Shown piece after piece: positions 41,975-57,390 of a stretch of DNA of 64,000 bases (within the stretch, counting starts at the first letter, position 1; the number at the start of each line of letters is the position of its first letter). The DNA comes from the human T2T-CHM13v2.0 reference genome, Homo sapiens. The DNA lies in the NCBI RefSeq assembly GCF_009914755.1, contig NC_060927.1; one strand, given 5' to 3'. Below the pieces are notes generated by a model. The model was not told the origin of the DNA. It ran no database searches and saw only the letters and a list, made by a program, of their open reading frames with translations. Position numbers and translations under genes: made by a program.

Positions 41975-42306
41975 AGGACATATCCCTAATCCGAAACTCC
42001 AAAATCCTAAATACTCCAAAATTTGAAACTTTTTGAGCACCCACGTGACACCACAAGTGAAACGTTTCATACCTGATCTTGTGATGTGTCACAGTCAAAA
42101 CTTTGTTTCATGCACAAAATTATTTAAAATATTGTAAAAAGTTACCTTCAGCCTACGTGTATAAGTAAATAAATTTCATGTTTCAGACATGGGCCCCATC
42201 CACAAGATATCTCATTATGTATATGCAAATATTTCAAAATCCGAAAAGGTCTTAAAGTCAGAACACTTCCGCTCTCAGGCATTTCAGGTAAGCTATCCTC
42301 AACCTA
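41975..42306. mobile_element. Tigger4/MER46-like DNA transposon relic inserted in a MIR (about 41850-42395)
   Basis: ATCCCTAATCCGAAA...CCAAAATTTGAAACTTTTTGAGCACC...GCATTTCAGG...CTCAACCT resembles Tigger4. MIR-like sequence lies on both sides. Confidence 0.65.
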
Positions 42307-42395
42307 TAGTATCTCATTAGGTTATTGTAAAGATTAGCTAAGTTTATATGTGAGCTACTTAGAGCAGTGCTTGTCACACAGTAAGCATTTTATAG

Positions 42396-42749
<354 letters not shown>

Positions 42750-43080
42750 TGAGATTTTACTGTATGTATTTTATCATTTCACAATACGTCAGAGGGAATA
42801 CATCAATAGATCGATTTTCGTTTTCGTAACTGCTATGTAACATCCCACAGTAGGGTTGAATGAGAATTTATTTAACCTTTCTCCTGTTGATGGTCATGTA
42901 GGTTGTTTCCAGGTGCTTCCACTTTAAAGCAATTGCTAATATCTTATTTTGTCTTGGAATATAAAATAAGGGATGCAGAAAGGGATATATTATATCCTAT
43001 ACATATCTTAAAAATGATCAAAATGAGGCTCACAGAGGTTTACTAAATTGCCTAAGGTCATATAGCCAGTAAGTAAGAGA

Positions 43081-43231
43081 TTCTTATGTGCCATATGCTC
43101 CCAGACTCCCCTTAAAGAGTTACAAATAAGCACTGCATCTTAAACATGTATTTCCCCACTCCCCGCCTTACAGGCCAAGGATATGAAAATACATCTTCAG
43201 GCTAAGGGAAGAAAAAAAAAAATTTTAACTC
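43081..43231 (+). repeat. Dispersed direct repeat, copy 2
   Basis: Copy of 39983-40131, flanked by AGAGATT on both sides. Confidence 0.92.
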
Positions 43232-43509
43232 CTAGAGATTTCAGAAGAGAACCAGTTTAACACAGTTCCATGCTGTCTCACCTCAAATTTTCCCATTTGA
43301 TGTAGAATAGTTTCACAAATACTGTGGTCCTTATGTCACAACAAGACATTCTTCTGCTTTCTGAAATAAGCACCAGGCAACTACAAGTTAATGTGCTGCC
43401 AAAGCAGGCATGAGTGAAGAGATATAAAGGAACATAATAAAAGAAGGAATAAAGTAGTAAGCCTGGCAATGTCCTAAGTGCTAAAGATAATCATAAAATT
43501 AAGATACCA

Positions 43510-43878
43510 TGCAACCACAGAAAAGAACGAGATCATGTCTTTTGCAGGAACATGGATGGAGCTGGAGGCCACTATCTTCAGCAAACTAACACAGGAACAG
43601 AAAACCAAACACTGCATGTTCTCACTTATAAGTGGGAGCTAAATGTTGAGAACTTACGAACACAAAGAAAGAAACAACAGACACTGGTGTCTACTTGATG
43701 GGGAGGGTGAGAGGAAGGAGAGAAGCAGAAAAGATACTGGGCTTACTTAATTCCTGGGTGATGAAATAATCCGTACAACAAACTCCCATGACATGAGTTT
43801 ACCTATGTAACCTATGTAACAAACCTTCACATGGTCCCCCAAACCTAAAGTAAAAGTTTAAAAAAAAATTTAAAAATT
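43510..43878 (+). mobile_element. 5'-truncated L1 3' end (old L1PA/L1PB-like)
   Basis: GAGATCATGTCTTTTGCAGGAACATGGATGGAGCTGGAGGCC...TGTTCTCACTTATAAGTGGGAGCTAAAT and an A-rich tail. Target-site duplication AAATTAAGA(T/C)ACCA. Confidence 0.9.
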
Positions 43879-46800
43879 AAATTAAGACACCAATTTTAAA
43901 CGCTTAAATGGTTTGAAATCAGGATAAATAAAATGTTGTGCTCTAAGAACATATAGTCCATTTATAATATGATATGGTTTCAGCCAACTATACTCCTTTC
44001 TCTGGACAATGACTACTGTATAACTACTTCAAAATGCACAGGGCTCATTGTGAGAATACTCTTTTAATAATTTATATTTCTAATTCTAGCAGTATTTGGA
44101 ATCCAAAAACAGAGGAAATCATTTTTCTTAAATCCCTTATTATTATTATTTTTTTATTGCTGGTCTTGCTACTCTACCATTATTGACTGGGAAAGTATAA
44201 TGAAACGACTAGAAGGCTGAACTTCAGAAATTTGTTTTCTGCTAGATTATTCAATGACTTTAGGACTGAGGCAAATGACTTCTCCAAGTTAACCTTTCTT
44301 CTTGTATAAAACAGGATTGTGTGTTTGCTTTGTTGGGAAAAAAGGTGAATTTATTTTGTTGATGTTTATCTGAAAGTTTGAAAAAGCCTAGAAGATGCAA
44401 GTTGTTCTATTTTACTGCAATGAGAAAAATGCTAACGTTTAGAAATGTGAAGGACATATTATAACTTTAAAGCAGAGGACAGAAAAAAAAAAAAAAAAAA
44501 AAAAAAAGAACCACCATGGCTTTTTCTAGAGATATTCCTTAGATATCACTGCTTTTTTAATCAGTCTGTTGTTTACCTTCTGCTTCTGTTTCTGAATTAT
44601 AATAATATGTCAGAAGCTTACAAAAATACTTATCAAAATCAGTTGCACACAATGCAACAATTTAACTCCTAATGTCAGCTACCTCTAACTATGAATGACA
44701 TATAATAAATTATGTTTGAACTGGATTCTCAGCTGCAGATCCTTATTCTGCCACCCAGACAGCCCTATAAAGTTGCACTGTGGCCTTAATCCCACTTGGA
44801 TATGTGCCCTACTGCCTCTACTTTCCATCATTCTGGTGCTTTAGTCTTCTTGAATAAGTGAACAATCTTTGTTTCTGTACCTTATTAGGCCAAAGACCAT
44901 AACAGCTAGTGATGGCATCAGCAAGCCCTGCGGGCAGGATTCTCTGCAGACCCAGCCAACCTCCAACAAACCCCTTTTTATACTCCTGTTTCTAGGAAGA
45001 ATTATGATGGCGGTGCCCTGCTGTTGATCAGTCAAATCTGTGGTAGGCCTAGAGATAAGTCCTGTAAGTGTGGTGTACTGTAAAACAGCGGCTCCCATTC
45101 ATTAGTAGCTTGTGTGTAATAAACCACCAAAAAAGGGGGGGCGGGGTGGGGAGGCAGCTGCAGTGTGCAAGAACAAACAACGCATCTCATTCTTGGGAGC
45201 CAAAACTTTGTAATTTGCTACTGGGCAGCCTGCTCTCTCTAACATTCTTTCTGATAACATAGTAGTGTCCTATCTATATTCACAGTTTGACTGCTAACCC
45301 AAGAAATGCTATTTTGTAAGTATGTATATATAGTATAACAATGTTATTAAGGAAGAGGTGAAAAATACTATCAAACAACTGACCCTGACAACCAAAATTG
45401 CTGGGTTACAGGGGCACTTTCCTCTACCAACTAATCATCTTAAAAAATTATGTTAGTTATTGTTTAATAGTACTGGTCGTATGAGGATGATCCTTCAAAA
45501 GGTATCAGCTAAAATGCACACAGTGGGACTATTCCCTAGGAATGAATTATGTCTCTTTGGTAATATATTTTTCAGACATAAAAATAGTCATAGAATAGAA
45601 AGGTATTTGGGGGATGCTTGCCTTTTTAAAATTAAAAGATGTCTGTTAAAGTGGAAAATAAATTTTACTTTTTGGCTATTATCTAGGAAACACTACTTTG
45701 CAACAGTACTGCATATTGCTCATCTCCCTAAACCAAAATGTGGGAAGCAATTTAATTTTGAAAGGAAAACAATATACCTGTTGGGAAAGGGAGGGACAGG
45801 AAAAAAAAAAAGAAAGAAAAGAAAAAACACCTCTCAATAGGCCCTTTTAATTCAGGATGGTTTAACCTAATAAAAAGAAAACACACTTGAATTTGCCCAC
45901 GACTGCTTAATGAGAAGCTGAAAAATGCTGCAGTTTCTGTAATAAACTCCTTCTTTTTACATCCAAAGCAGGTGCATGGCATTGTGATATCAACACTGTA
46001 CTTGCTCCTCATCAGCCCCCCACTGCTCTCCCAATTGGAGTGGAATACTGTACATGCTAGGCATTTTTCCTTTACCACTCCGAACTCAGGGTCAGGAAAG
46101 TGGCTATGGCAGAGTGGAAGGCATGCCCGTTGTTTTGGAATTCTTGCAGGTGTTTCAAAAGCAGAGGATTCTTTTCAGAGCCACATCTGCATCTGTCATA
46201 TGCCATTTGTGCTAAAGCCTGTGGTGTTTTTGTTTGTTGGTTTGACAGATTGACATGTAATGGCCAGGACTGTTGGGTGGCCGCTCCCAACAAAGTCATT
46301 CTCATAGCTGGAGTTCTCTAGAAATCAACTGGCCTGAATTACCCATGATTTTTCTCTGCCCTTCAAAAAGGAAAATGTGTTGTTCTAATGTTCTGATTTT
46401 TGTTTGCTTTCATGATTTTGGTGGGATTACATTGTTTTAAGCTCTAAGTTAAGATGAAATAAGAACTTTGATAGTATAACATATAAAAAAAGTTTTCAAA
46501 ACCAGTCTTTACAATTTACTTAGAAATAAAGATATTTGTAGCATTTAAATAAATATTGGGGTATCAGAAAAATGTAAAAATGAAGAGAATACATCTATGT
46601 CAGTGATGAATAAAGGAACTTAATAGAATAGAGGCAAAAATTTCAACTTTTAAACTTTTGCCATTTTTAAAGACTAAAATAAAATTCTCATTTTATTCTG
46701 AAGTCTTTTTATTTCTTATCAGTTAATAGCATTTATGAATTTATATGTAAGCATGTCAATTATGAACCATGTTACTACAAAGCCAAGTAAATATGTGTGA

Positions 46801-47624
46801 AAGCAAACTTTAGTATGCTCTCTTTTGTTGATAAAGTTAAGTCAGAAATACTTATTAACATCCTCTGCACATAAGTAGCCACTCATGGATTAAAAGCTCA
46901 AAGCTCATGGTACAAAGTATTAACTTTATGTTGATGAAATTTTCTGAATTTTATTATACTGTAATTTCTACATTCAATATTGAAGTGATAAGGCCTTCAC
47001 TCTGTCACCCTATCTGGAAAACACAAAATAACAAAGGAATATCAAGTGTTAAACAAATGCAAATGTCATACACATGTTTGTAATATCATTTTACATTTAT
47101 TCCATTGACCTAAACATTTTCTGAGCAGACATATTCCCTTACCTACATAAAACCTCTTTGCTAGAAAGAACCTTTCTTTTTGATAAAGTATCTCAATTTG
47201 GGTGTCTTATTTGTCAGTATACAATCAGCTCCACAGGTCTCTCTTTTTAATAATGTTTTCTGTGGAGCTCTGCACTGGAGAAAGGAAAGGCAAAACAAAA
47301 CAAAACTCATTTCAAGACCTGGTAGTAGTCAGATTCAGAACCGGCCAAATGAACCTACAGACAGCACGTGGCTGGAGTTTGGGTGAGAGATGATAAAACA
47401 ACCAAAAGTCACTTTTTAAACTGTCACATGGAAAATGGCAGTTGTTTTTATCTCTTATATTGACAAATTATGTTCTGGATATGTAAAAAGTTTTAATGAT
47501 ATTAATTTCTTTTTTTTTTTTTTCACTTTCTGAAATAAGGATTCCTTTCCTGTTACCTCACTCAATAGGGACTTGGGCTAAAGAAGACAGGAATTAAATA
47601 CACTCAGGTCTTTACTATTTATAC

Positions 47625-47800
47625 TTAAGTTGCCAGATTTAACAAATAAAAAGCAAGATGTCCGGTTATGGAATTTCAGGTAAAGAGCAAACAATTTTTT
47701 TCATATAATAGTGCATGGGCCATATACTAAAAAGTACTTGTTTTTCATCTGAAATTCAAATTTAATTGAATGTCCTGTTCCTTTTCCGGCAAACCTATTT
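47625..47800. mobile_element. MER53-like hAT MITE
   Basis: GTTGCCAGATTTAACAAATAAAA...CTGAAATTCAAATTTAA...GGCAAACCTA with degenerate terminal inverted repeats. Confidence 0.55.
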
Positions 47801-47989
47801 GTAGCAGCGTTTTAATAATAACACACTCATGATCAGGAGCCTTAAGGTTTGAAGGGCTTAAAATTTTAAATTAGGCTTTATTTTTCTGTGGTTCATATTT
47901 TAAGAATTTCTGTTGCCTATTTAGAGTAACGGGATTAGTGATGACAACTATTATGATTATATGCCCAAACACACCCAGGTGGTTTCCAT

Positions 47990-48180
47990 TTATTATTTTC
48001 TCTAATCCTCACAGCTACCTGAGGAGGCAGGTGATGGGATCCCATTTTACAGAGAAGAAAACTGAGACCCAGAAACATTAAGCAATTTTAAAGCAATTTT
48101 TATTGCATTACATAACCAACAAGTGGAAGAACTAGAATTGGAAACCACCTCTGTCAGATTCCAGAGTTGAGGCTCTTTCC
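47990..48180 (-). mobile_element. MIR
   Basis: MIR core CCCATTTTACAGAGAAGAAAACTGAGACCCAGA. Confidence 0.75.
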
Positions 48181-51100
48181 TCTTAGCTGTATGCATAGCC
48201 TGTTAAACATGAAAGTTCCTTAAAATCACAAATGTTTGTAATCAACTGATTAGAGTTCATATTAAACAACATAATAGCACTAGTCATCTTTTTATGTGCA
48301 CCTGTCCTGTCTTTCTTGCTAGTCTTGAGGGTAGTGTCAGTGTCTCATATTTCTTAATACCTCCCTTTAGGCAAGCAATCACATTATTTTACAATGTCAC
48401 TTTAAAACAATGCCACATTTTTTAAGATAATCAGAAGTTTGTCTTTTGACTGAAACAAGTATGTTTTCATTATCATTTAAAAATTAAAGCCTATTGAAAG
48501 ACAGCATCTGACTCTATTTGCCCACTGTTTATATAGTCTGTGTTGTTGCACTTCCAAAGTTTTGCTTGCTTTATAAACCACTCAGAAACCTCAAACATCA
48601 GTGTTTCCCTTGCCGAAATACCAAAATAGAAACAATTACTGCTCAATGCCTTACCCTTCCTTGCGTTAGATAGGTCACAGCCACAGAGTATTGAATTGTA
48701 GGCTCTTGTCTCCCTGGAAATACAGTACTTCAACCCTAGTTTACCTTTGCCTGCGGAGCCCTGTATGATGTAAATGTTATTATGCAATGATGGCCCTCCC
48801 CCAACTCCTTTCCATAGTTCTTTGATATTACTTAGAAGGTGATTACATAGCTTCATTTATTTCTTTGAATGCATAGGTTTCATGGTCATTAAAATAATCA
48901 CAGACTCATCAGTTCTCCCCATGCTTAAATAAGATCAATACGAACCAGAACAAGAGGCTTCCTTACTTCTCTATTCACCAAGATTTCTCTCTTCCTTCTC
49001 TCTTTCACTCTCCCTCTCCCCCTGCTTCTCTAATCCCTTCCCTCATTTCCACCCTCAAACCCCACGTAAAGAAGAATACAATAATTTTTTAAATACCGTA
49101 GTTCTTTCTGTAGTGAATCATAACATTTATTCAGCTGTTATCCAAGACACAGTGAAGTGTTGCCTTATATATACTGTCAGAGGCAGCTGTAGCAATTTTG
49201 GAGTTTGCTAGAGGAAAAAAACCTGCTGGTCCTGCCTTACAAGCCAGTTCAGCAATGAAATGGTTAATAGGATGAGTAAAGGCTATTTTTAAGTCTGGCT
49301 CCCCTCTCTGATACACTCTTGAAAATTCACCCTGTACTGCAGAAATCCTAAATTGCAGTGCCCTGCACCCCACTGAAACTCTTCAGTCTGCTGTAAGTAA
49401 GCCTCAGCATGGGCAAGATTGGGGGTGAACAGCTGGAGGAGGGGCTCAAGCCCTGGGCCTTTGTAATGGAGGGGCGAAACACTGAGATCCTGCAGAGAAG
49501 GAACACAGAAACCCTCAAGGCACAGAGAAATAGACCCAGACAAAAGCCCCGTTACATGGTTGCAAATCACCCCACTGCTGTTATTTTATTTACTGTGGTC
49601 TGCAGGAGGATTGTTTTCTCTTTGCAAAATTTTTAAGCTTCATGGGCTTTTCTCCTCCACAACAGCGGTCACTTATACCACAGTGCCACATAGAGACAGT
49701 CTTCACCTTCAGCTTTCTTAAGGAAAGGGGGAAAAATTCTTGCCTAGTCAGGTTGCAATAGACATAGAATGAAATAGATGAATTTCCAGTCTTACAGTTA
49801 TTTCCCAGGGATACAAGATTGAAATATGGCTTCTATTAGTGGTTTTGTTTTACATTTTTGTCTTGGTTTTGTTTTAGTTTTATATGATTATTTTTCTTAA
49901 AGATGACACCTACATTCATTCCTTTGAACTTAAATTTATTTAGGTGTGGGAAGGAAAGAAAAGGCAACGTAACTTGTGTTTGAACCAACTATACACACAC
50001 ACACACATATGCATAAACATTTTTCCCCAGTAAAATAATTCTTTTCAAAATTGATAGAAATATCATCTTATTACTGTGACAAATCATATGCTATGACTTT
50101 GAGATTTTCCTTTGGGAAGTTAGGATAGAAGGATGGCTAACAGAAATATTTATTTTAAAATCTGAAGGGACAGAAATATCTGTAAGTGTAAGTTCTTTTT
50201 TGTATAAGTTTCTTAGGGTATTTGTAAAAATACGTTCCTGCCTCACTGGGGAAAGAGGAAAAGATAGAGAGAGAGAGAAAGAGACCTGGAGGAAGAAAAA
50301 GCAACTTACTTCTCTATAGAAATATGTGGCTTACTTTGGTAAACTTTTCTCTACAGCTGAGCCTGTAAGCTATGACTTAGGGTAGCTGAGGAGGAATAAG
50401 AATCACTTCCCAGTGACCAGAGGAGCAAGGGCTCCTCTACTTAGAAGGCGTTTATTGTCACGACTAGGAAGGTGAAAGGGAACTTGTGATAAATGTGCTC
50501 AATTTAAGGAAAATAAAAAAGTGAAATTTTCCTATGACAAATCCACAGAGGTATTTACTAGGTGTTTGAGCAGGTAATTAGCACCCAAACCAGGTTTCAG
50601 GAAATAGTTCTGGTCACCTCAAATGAAGAATATATAATGAGCTGAAGAGCTTGATTTTCAATGGATGATTTACTCAGGACAATAGCCCAAACAGAACTGG
50701 GTAAAGGGTTTACAAATGGTAACTTGAGAAGCAGTGGGCTTCCTTCCCAGAAGCTTAATACTGTCTCCTCCTCTTCAAACTCTCCCCTGTCTTCTTCCAG
50801 CACCTCCAAAAAATACACACATACTATAAAACTTTTCTCGAAAAAATGAACATAGTCCTTAAATAAATTCTATCAAAGAAACATACAGAAGATCAAAAAA
50901 AAAAAAAAAAATACAGAATAAATGTGCCTGTTGGCATCTAGACCTAACCTGGGTTAGTTCAGGCTGAAACTTTTGTGATCGCATTTTAGCTTGCTTTATG
51001 AGGCTCAGTTATGGAGCCTTTTCTTACTGGAGTTGCTTATACTAGATGATAAGCAATGATTAAAACATTGCCCATTCTTTTCCAAGTCTATTCCAGAAGA

Positions 51101-51448
51101 CTGACAACACTAAGGACCAAAGATGGCCACGTAAAAAATAGTTCAACATTTTTGAACTCACAATGTTGCATGTTTCTGTTGATTTAAGAAAGCCTTCCTA
51201 CCCAGAGCCACTATGATTTGCTGTGTTGTAAGCACTAATATTTCTAGTTAAAAAAAAAAAAATCACCTGCCATATTAACTCTGGTAACAAAATACATGAT
51301 AGTCGTTAACTTTCACCAGCTGAATCTCTTGATATATATTGAAAGATGATTTTTATTTCCTCATAATCCAAAATGTTTGGTCATTTATAATTAAGCCCCC
51401 TGACCCCCATCCCATTGCATTCAGTATACACTTAAGCTAAAGGTAACT

Positions 51449-51753
<305 letters not shown>

Positions 51754-52618
51754 GGTAACTTAGACATCATTTTGGAGAGCAGGAAATAGATTCAGAGATT
51801 TCAAATTACTACCCAAGTTCACCCAGTGTCAGAGTTAAACAAAAGCAAGATTTTCTAATTCCTAATTTTGACTATTTTGTTTTCCAGGGCATTAAACCAT
51901 CTTCTTAACTGGTTAATAATTTGAGAGCAGCCTATGAATACCAGTTTCTACCGAGGCATGCTTTCTGTCATTAAGTGTTCCAGCAAACTGTTAATTAAGA
52001 TTGTTTTGAGCTGTTTACCAATTTAGGTGATGTCAGATACTTCCCTTGGATTCTGTTAGCCTCTTGGGATGGGAGAAAATATTGTTGACTCTGTTCTGTG
52101 GTTTGACCATCTGTTCTAAATCACAATTGTGACCGTCATTTGGAAATCTATAAGCTGACACTGTTACCAGAATTGTACATTAAAAATGCATTAAGCTCTT
52201 TATGGGTCATGAGCCCTTTCATAAGCTCTCCTTAATTTTATAGGAAGTTCACAGAGAGCACTACATTTTGTAGTTGGAAGGTATAGGTTAAAAGAATGAA
52301 GCAGTTCCACTCTTGTTCTCATCCCCAGGCATTATAAAAGCTATCTTGTTAAAGAGGTCTGAGTTGGAAATAAAGCACTGGAAGGTGCAATGTGATGGCC
52401 AAGCACAAAACACTCAGAAAGAGTTGCAAGTAGGAATGATACCATTTGTGTTGCCAGTTATGCTTACAAAGTTCCCCTGTAAGGCACACTGGGTGCCCAT
52501 CCAAGAAATGATTCAATAATTCATGAAACTGTGAAAGACTTTCAAGAGATAATATCCCTAATATCATTTTTCTTCTGGGCTTGTTATGCTCCTGAGGGTT
52601 AAAAACTTTTCTGAAATA

Positions 52619-53008
<390 letters not shown>

Positions 53009-53270
53009 TTATTTGATCATGAATCTTTTGTTAAGCACCATTCTAGGCACTGGACACAGGCTAAAGATGAGGGTCATGGGTCCTGCTCCCAAGGAATTTA
53101 AAGTCACCTGAAGCAAACAGATCAGCAAATTGGGCATAATAGAGAGATAGTTACTTGTCAAAATATGCAGAAGATGTTGTGGGAACAATTAGGAGGGGCA
53201 AACAGATTTCCTGGGACACACCCTAGATTTTCTACATCCCAAAGGTTGGGTGATAGGGCCCAGGAATCTG

Positions 53271-53906
53271 TTTTTTTGTTGTTGTTTTGTTTTGTTTTTT
53301 TTTCCGAGACAGGCAGGGTCTGGCTCTGTCACCCAGGCTAGAGTGCAGTGATGGGATCTTGGCTCACAGCAACTTCTGCCTCCCAGGCTCAAGCCATCCT
53401 CCTACCTCACCCTCTCAAGTAGCTGGGACTACAAGGCACATACCACCACACTCAGCTTATTTTTGTTTTTTGTAGGGTTTTGCTATGTTGCCCAGGCTGG
53501 TCTCAAACTTCTGAGCTCAAGCAATTCACCCATCTTGGCCTCCCAAAGTGCTGGGAATACAGGTGTGAGCCACTGCACCCAGCCAGGAATCTGTATTTTT
53601 TTTTCTTTTTCATTTTTTCTATAGAGATGGGATCTTACTATGTTGACCAGGTTGGTCTAGGACTCCTAGCCTCAAATGAGCCTTCCTCTTCAACCTCCCA
53701 AAGTGTGAAGATTACAGGCATGAGCCACCATGCCAGCCTTTCTTTTTTATTTTAAAATTTTGTTTGTTTGTTTATTTATTTATTTATTTTTGTACAGATG
53801 GGATCTTGCTATGTTGCCCAGGGTGGTCTTAAATTCCTGGCCCCAAGCAATCCTCCTGCCTCAGCCTCCCAAAGTGCTGGGATTAGAGTCCTGAGCCACC
53901 TCACCC
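53271..53906 (-). mobile_element. AluJ plus two FLAM/left monomers inside a MER5A-like relic
   Basis: One reverse dimer (53271-53584) and two monomers (about 53596-53738 and 53750-53906). Flanks read GGGCCCAGGAATCTG...TTTTTAAAAAGCTCC. Confidence 0.8.
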
Positions 53907-54247
53907 AGGAACCTGTATTTTTAAAAAGCTCCTCAGGCAATTCCAAAGTAGCCGTGGGGTGTTTGCCTAATCTGAATTACATGGGGAAAGTTCTGGGAAA
54001 GCCTTTCTAGAGGAGTTGATGTTAGAGTTGGAATCTGGAAGAAGGAAGTTTATCCTAAGTTGAGGGAAAGTTGCTCAAAGAAAGGTATAATAGAGCCTCT
54101 TCATTCTGGAGAGCTGCCAAGACATGGGTTTGCCCAGAATGAAGGTTTTCCGGAAAAGGGACATACAGGTGGGGTGACCATATACATTATTTCTCAAACC
54201 AGGACACTTTTGAGAGTAAAAGGGAAGGCTATTCATAATTATGTGGA

Positions 54248-54572
54248 GGCCGGGCATGGTGGCTTATGTCTGTAATCCCAGCTCTGTGGAAGACCGAGGT
54301 GGGCAGATTACCTGTGGTCAGGAGTTCGAGACCAGCCTGGCCAATGTGGTGAAACCCTGTCTCTACTAAAAATACAAAAAAAAAAAAAAAAAAAAAACCC
54401 AAAAAAACCATTAGTTGGGTGTGGTGGTGCATGCCTGTGACCCCAGATATTCAGGAGGCTGAGGCAGGAGAATCGCTTGAACCCAGGAGGTGGAGGTTGC
54501 CGTGAGTCAAGATCGCACCACTGCACTCCAGCCTGGGCAACAGAGCAAGACTGTCTCAGAAAAAAAAAAAAA
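54248..54572 (+). mobile_element. Alu (AluS-like) with expanded linker
   Basis: Full Alu. Target-site duplication TATGTGGAG. Confidence 0.93.
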
Positions 54573-54892
54573 TATGTGGAGAAACAGGCACTCTCTGTAG
54601 GAGATGATGATAGGAGCCTGCAAGGGACTTTTAGGGTGGAGCTCTCTGAGAATTGCCCAAGGCAATGGCAGCCACTGAAGAATGGGACAGACCCATGACA
54701 AAATCAGATCTGTGTTTTAAAGTTCTCCCTGCTGTCCTGACGTGAACATTCGTCTTTGTAAGTGAAATGTGACAATTTTAGAGAATAGTTCATATTTCTG
54801 CATTTTGTTTGAATATGTCATTTAGTTTCACGCTTTATAAGCATCCTAATGCAATGCCGAAAGTACACTTAGCAATTAAAATAAGACGTAAA

Positions 54893-55182
54893 GGCTGGGC
54901 GCGGTGGCTCACGCCTGTAATCCCAGCACTTTGGGAGGCTGAGGCGGGTGGATCACCTGAGGTTGGGAGTTCGCAACCAGCCTGACCAACATGGAGAAAC
55001 CCCGTCTCTACTAAAAATACAAAATTAGCCAGGCATGATGGTGCATGCCTGTAATCCCAGTTACTCGGGAGGGTGAGGCAGAGAATCGCTTGAACTTAGG
55101 AGGCGGAGGTTGCAGTGAGCTGAGATCGCGCCATTGAACTCCAGCCTGGGCAACAACAACGAAACTCCGTCTAAAAAAAAAA
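54893..55182 (+). mobile_element. Alu (AluSp-like)
   Basis: Full Alu body. Confidence 0.95.
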
Positions 55183-55399
55183 TACTTAAAGACAGCAGTC
55201 TGAGGAAACCACAGTGCTAATAACTGATCTTAGATAGCATCATTCATTTACATAACAATATCCACATTCATTCATTCATTATTTATTTATTTATTAAATA
55301 CCTAATATTTGGTATTCACTCCTCTAGATATTGGGGAAACAGTGAACACAGCAGATGAGACCCTTGTCTCTCTTTTTTTTCTTCCATTTTTGTTCTTTT

Positions 55400-55523
55400 A
55401 AAAAATTATTGAGACAGTCTTGCTATGTAGCCCAGGCTGGCCTTGAACCCCTGAACTCAAGTGATCTGCCTGTCTTGGCCTCCCAAAGTGTTGGGATTAC
55501 AGGCGGAGCTACTGCACCTGGCC
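55400..55523 (-). mobile_element. FLAM / Alu monomer
   Basis: Reverse left-arm sequence. Confidence 0.8.
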
Positions 55524-55609
55524 AGATCCCTGTCTTTATGGAGCTTATGTTCTAGCAGAAGAGATAGACAATCATATGTAATATACATTCAGGTATTGAT
55601 AAGTGTTAA

Positions 55610-55797
55610 CTTACAGAGTGTAATTGGATTGTTTCTAACTCAAAGGATAAATGCTTGAAGGGATGGATACCCCATTCTCCATGATGTACTTATTTCACAT
55701 TGCATGCCTGTATTGAAACATTTCATGTACCCCATAGATGTATACACCTACTATGTACCCACAAAATTTTTTTAAATATTAAAAAAGGAAAAAAAAT
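55610..55797 (+). mobile_element. L1MA-like 3' end fragment
   Basis: AAAGGATAAATGCTTGAAGGGATGGATACCCCATT...CACCTACTATGTACCCACAAAA. Confidence 0.8.
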
Positions 55798-55799
55798 CA

Positions 55800-56142
55800 A
55801 GCCAGACATGGTGGCTCATGCCTGTAATCTGAGTGTTTTGGGAGGCTTTGGCAAGAGGATTGCTTGAGCCCAGGAGTTTGAGACCAGCCTGGACAACACA
55901 GGAAGATCTTGTCTCTACAAAAAAAAAAAAAAAAAAAAAAAAAAAATTAGCCGGGTGTTGTGGCAGACGCCTGTAGTTCCAACCACTTGGGAGTCTGAGG
56001 AGGGAGAATCACTTGAATCCTGGAGGTAGGCTGCAGTGAGCTGTGATTGCACCACTGCACTCCAGCCTGGGCAACAGAGCAAGACCTCATCTCAAAAAAA
56101 AAAAAACAAAAAAACAAAAACAAAAACAAAAACAAAAAAAAC
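55800..56142 (+). mobile_element. Alu (AluJ-like)
   Basis: TTGCTTGAGCCCAGGAGTTTGAG, long A linker and (CAAAAA)n tail. Confidence 0.92.
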
Positions 56143-56776
56143 AGAAGGAAAAATGTCTAATCAAGATAAAAGGTTGAGGATTTGAGGAGTAGGAGGTGAC
56201 TAGTAGTTAAAGAAATGGTATTTTAATTAATTCAGATAGAGATAGCCTTCAGAGACCTGAAAAAAGTGAGAAAGTGAGCCAAGTAACCATCTGAAGGTCA
56301 AGTGTTCCAAGCAAAGTAAACAGGAAGTGCAAAGGCTCTGTGGTAGGAACAAGCCTGGTGAGTTGGAGAAACAGAAAAAAAAATGGAATTCCTTTACTGA
56401 CCGGGCTGCTCTTAACTCCACATGATCTGGCCACTGCTCATCTACCCTACTTCCTATCTGAATCCTACACTTTGGGAGGGAGCTATGGTCTGCAAGTAGG
56501 GTATCCTTGTGGGGGATGAGGGAATCCTAGTACCTCAGCTTTTCTTCACCTTCGTCTCCTAACTCTGTGACTCTAACAGCAATTTTTTCAAGAAGAAGGA
56601 ACTCAACACTTTGAGCATCTACAATCTACTGGCAGAGTGCTTTACAAATATTTATTTAATTCTTATACCAGTCCTATGAGATTGGCCATATCATTACCAT
56701 TTTGCAGGTAAGGAAACAGACTCAAAGGGGTTAAATAATTTTTCCATGATTATATTCTATTAAAAAGTTATTTCAG

Positions 56777-57390
<614 letters not shown>

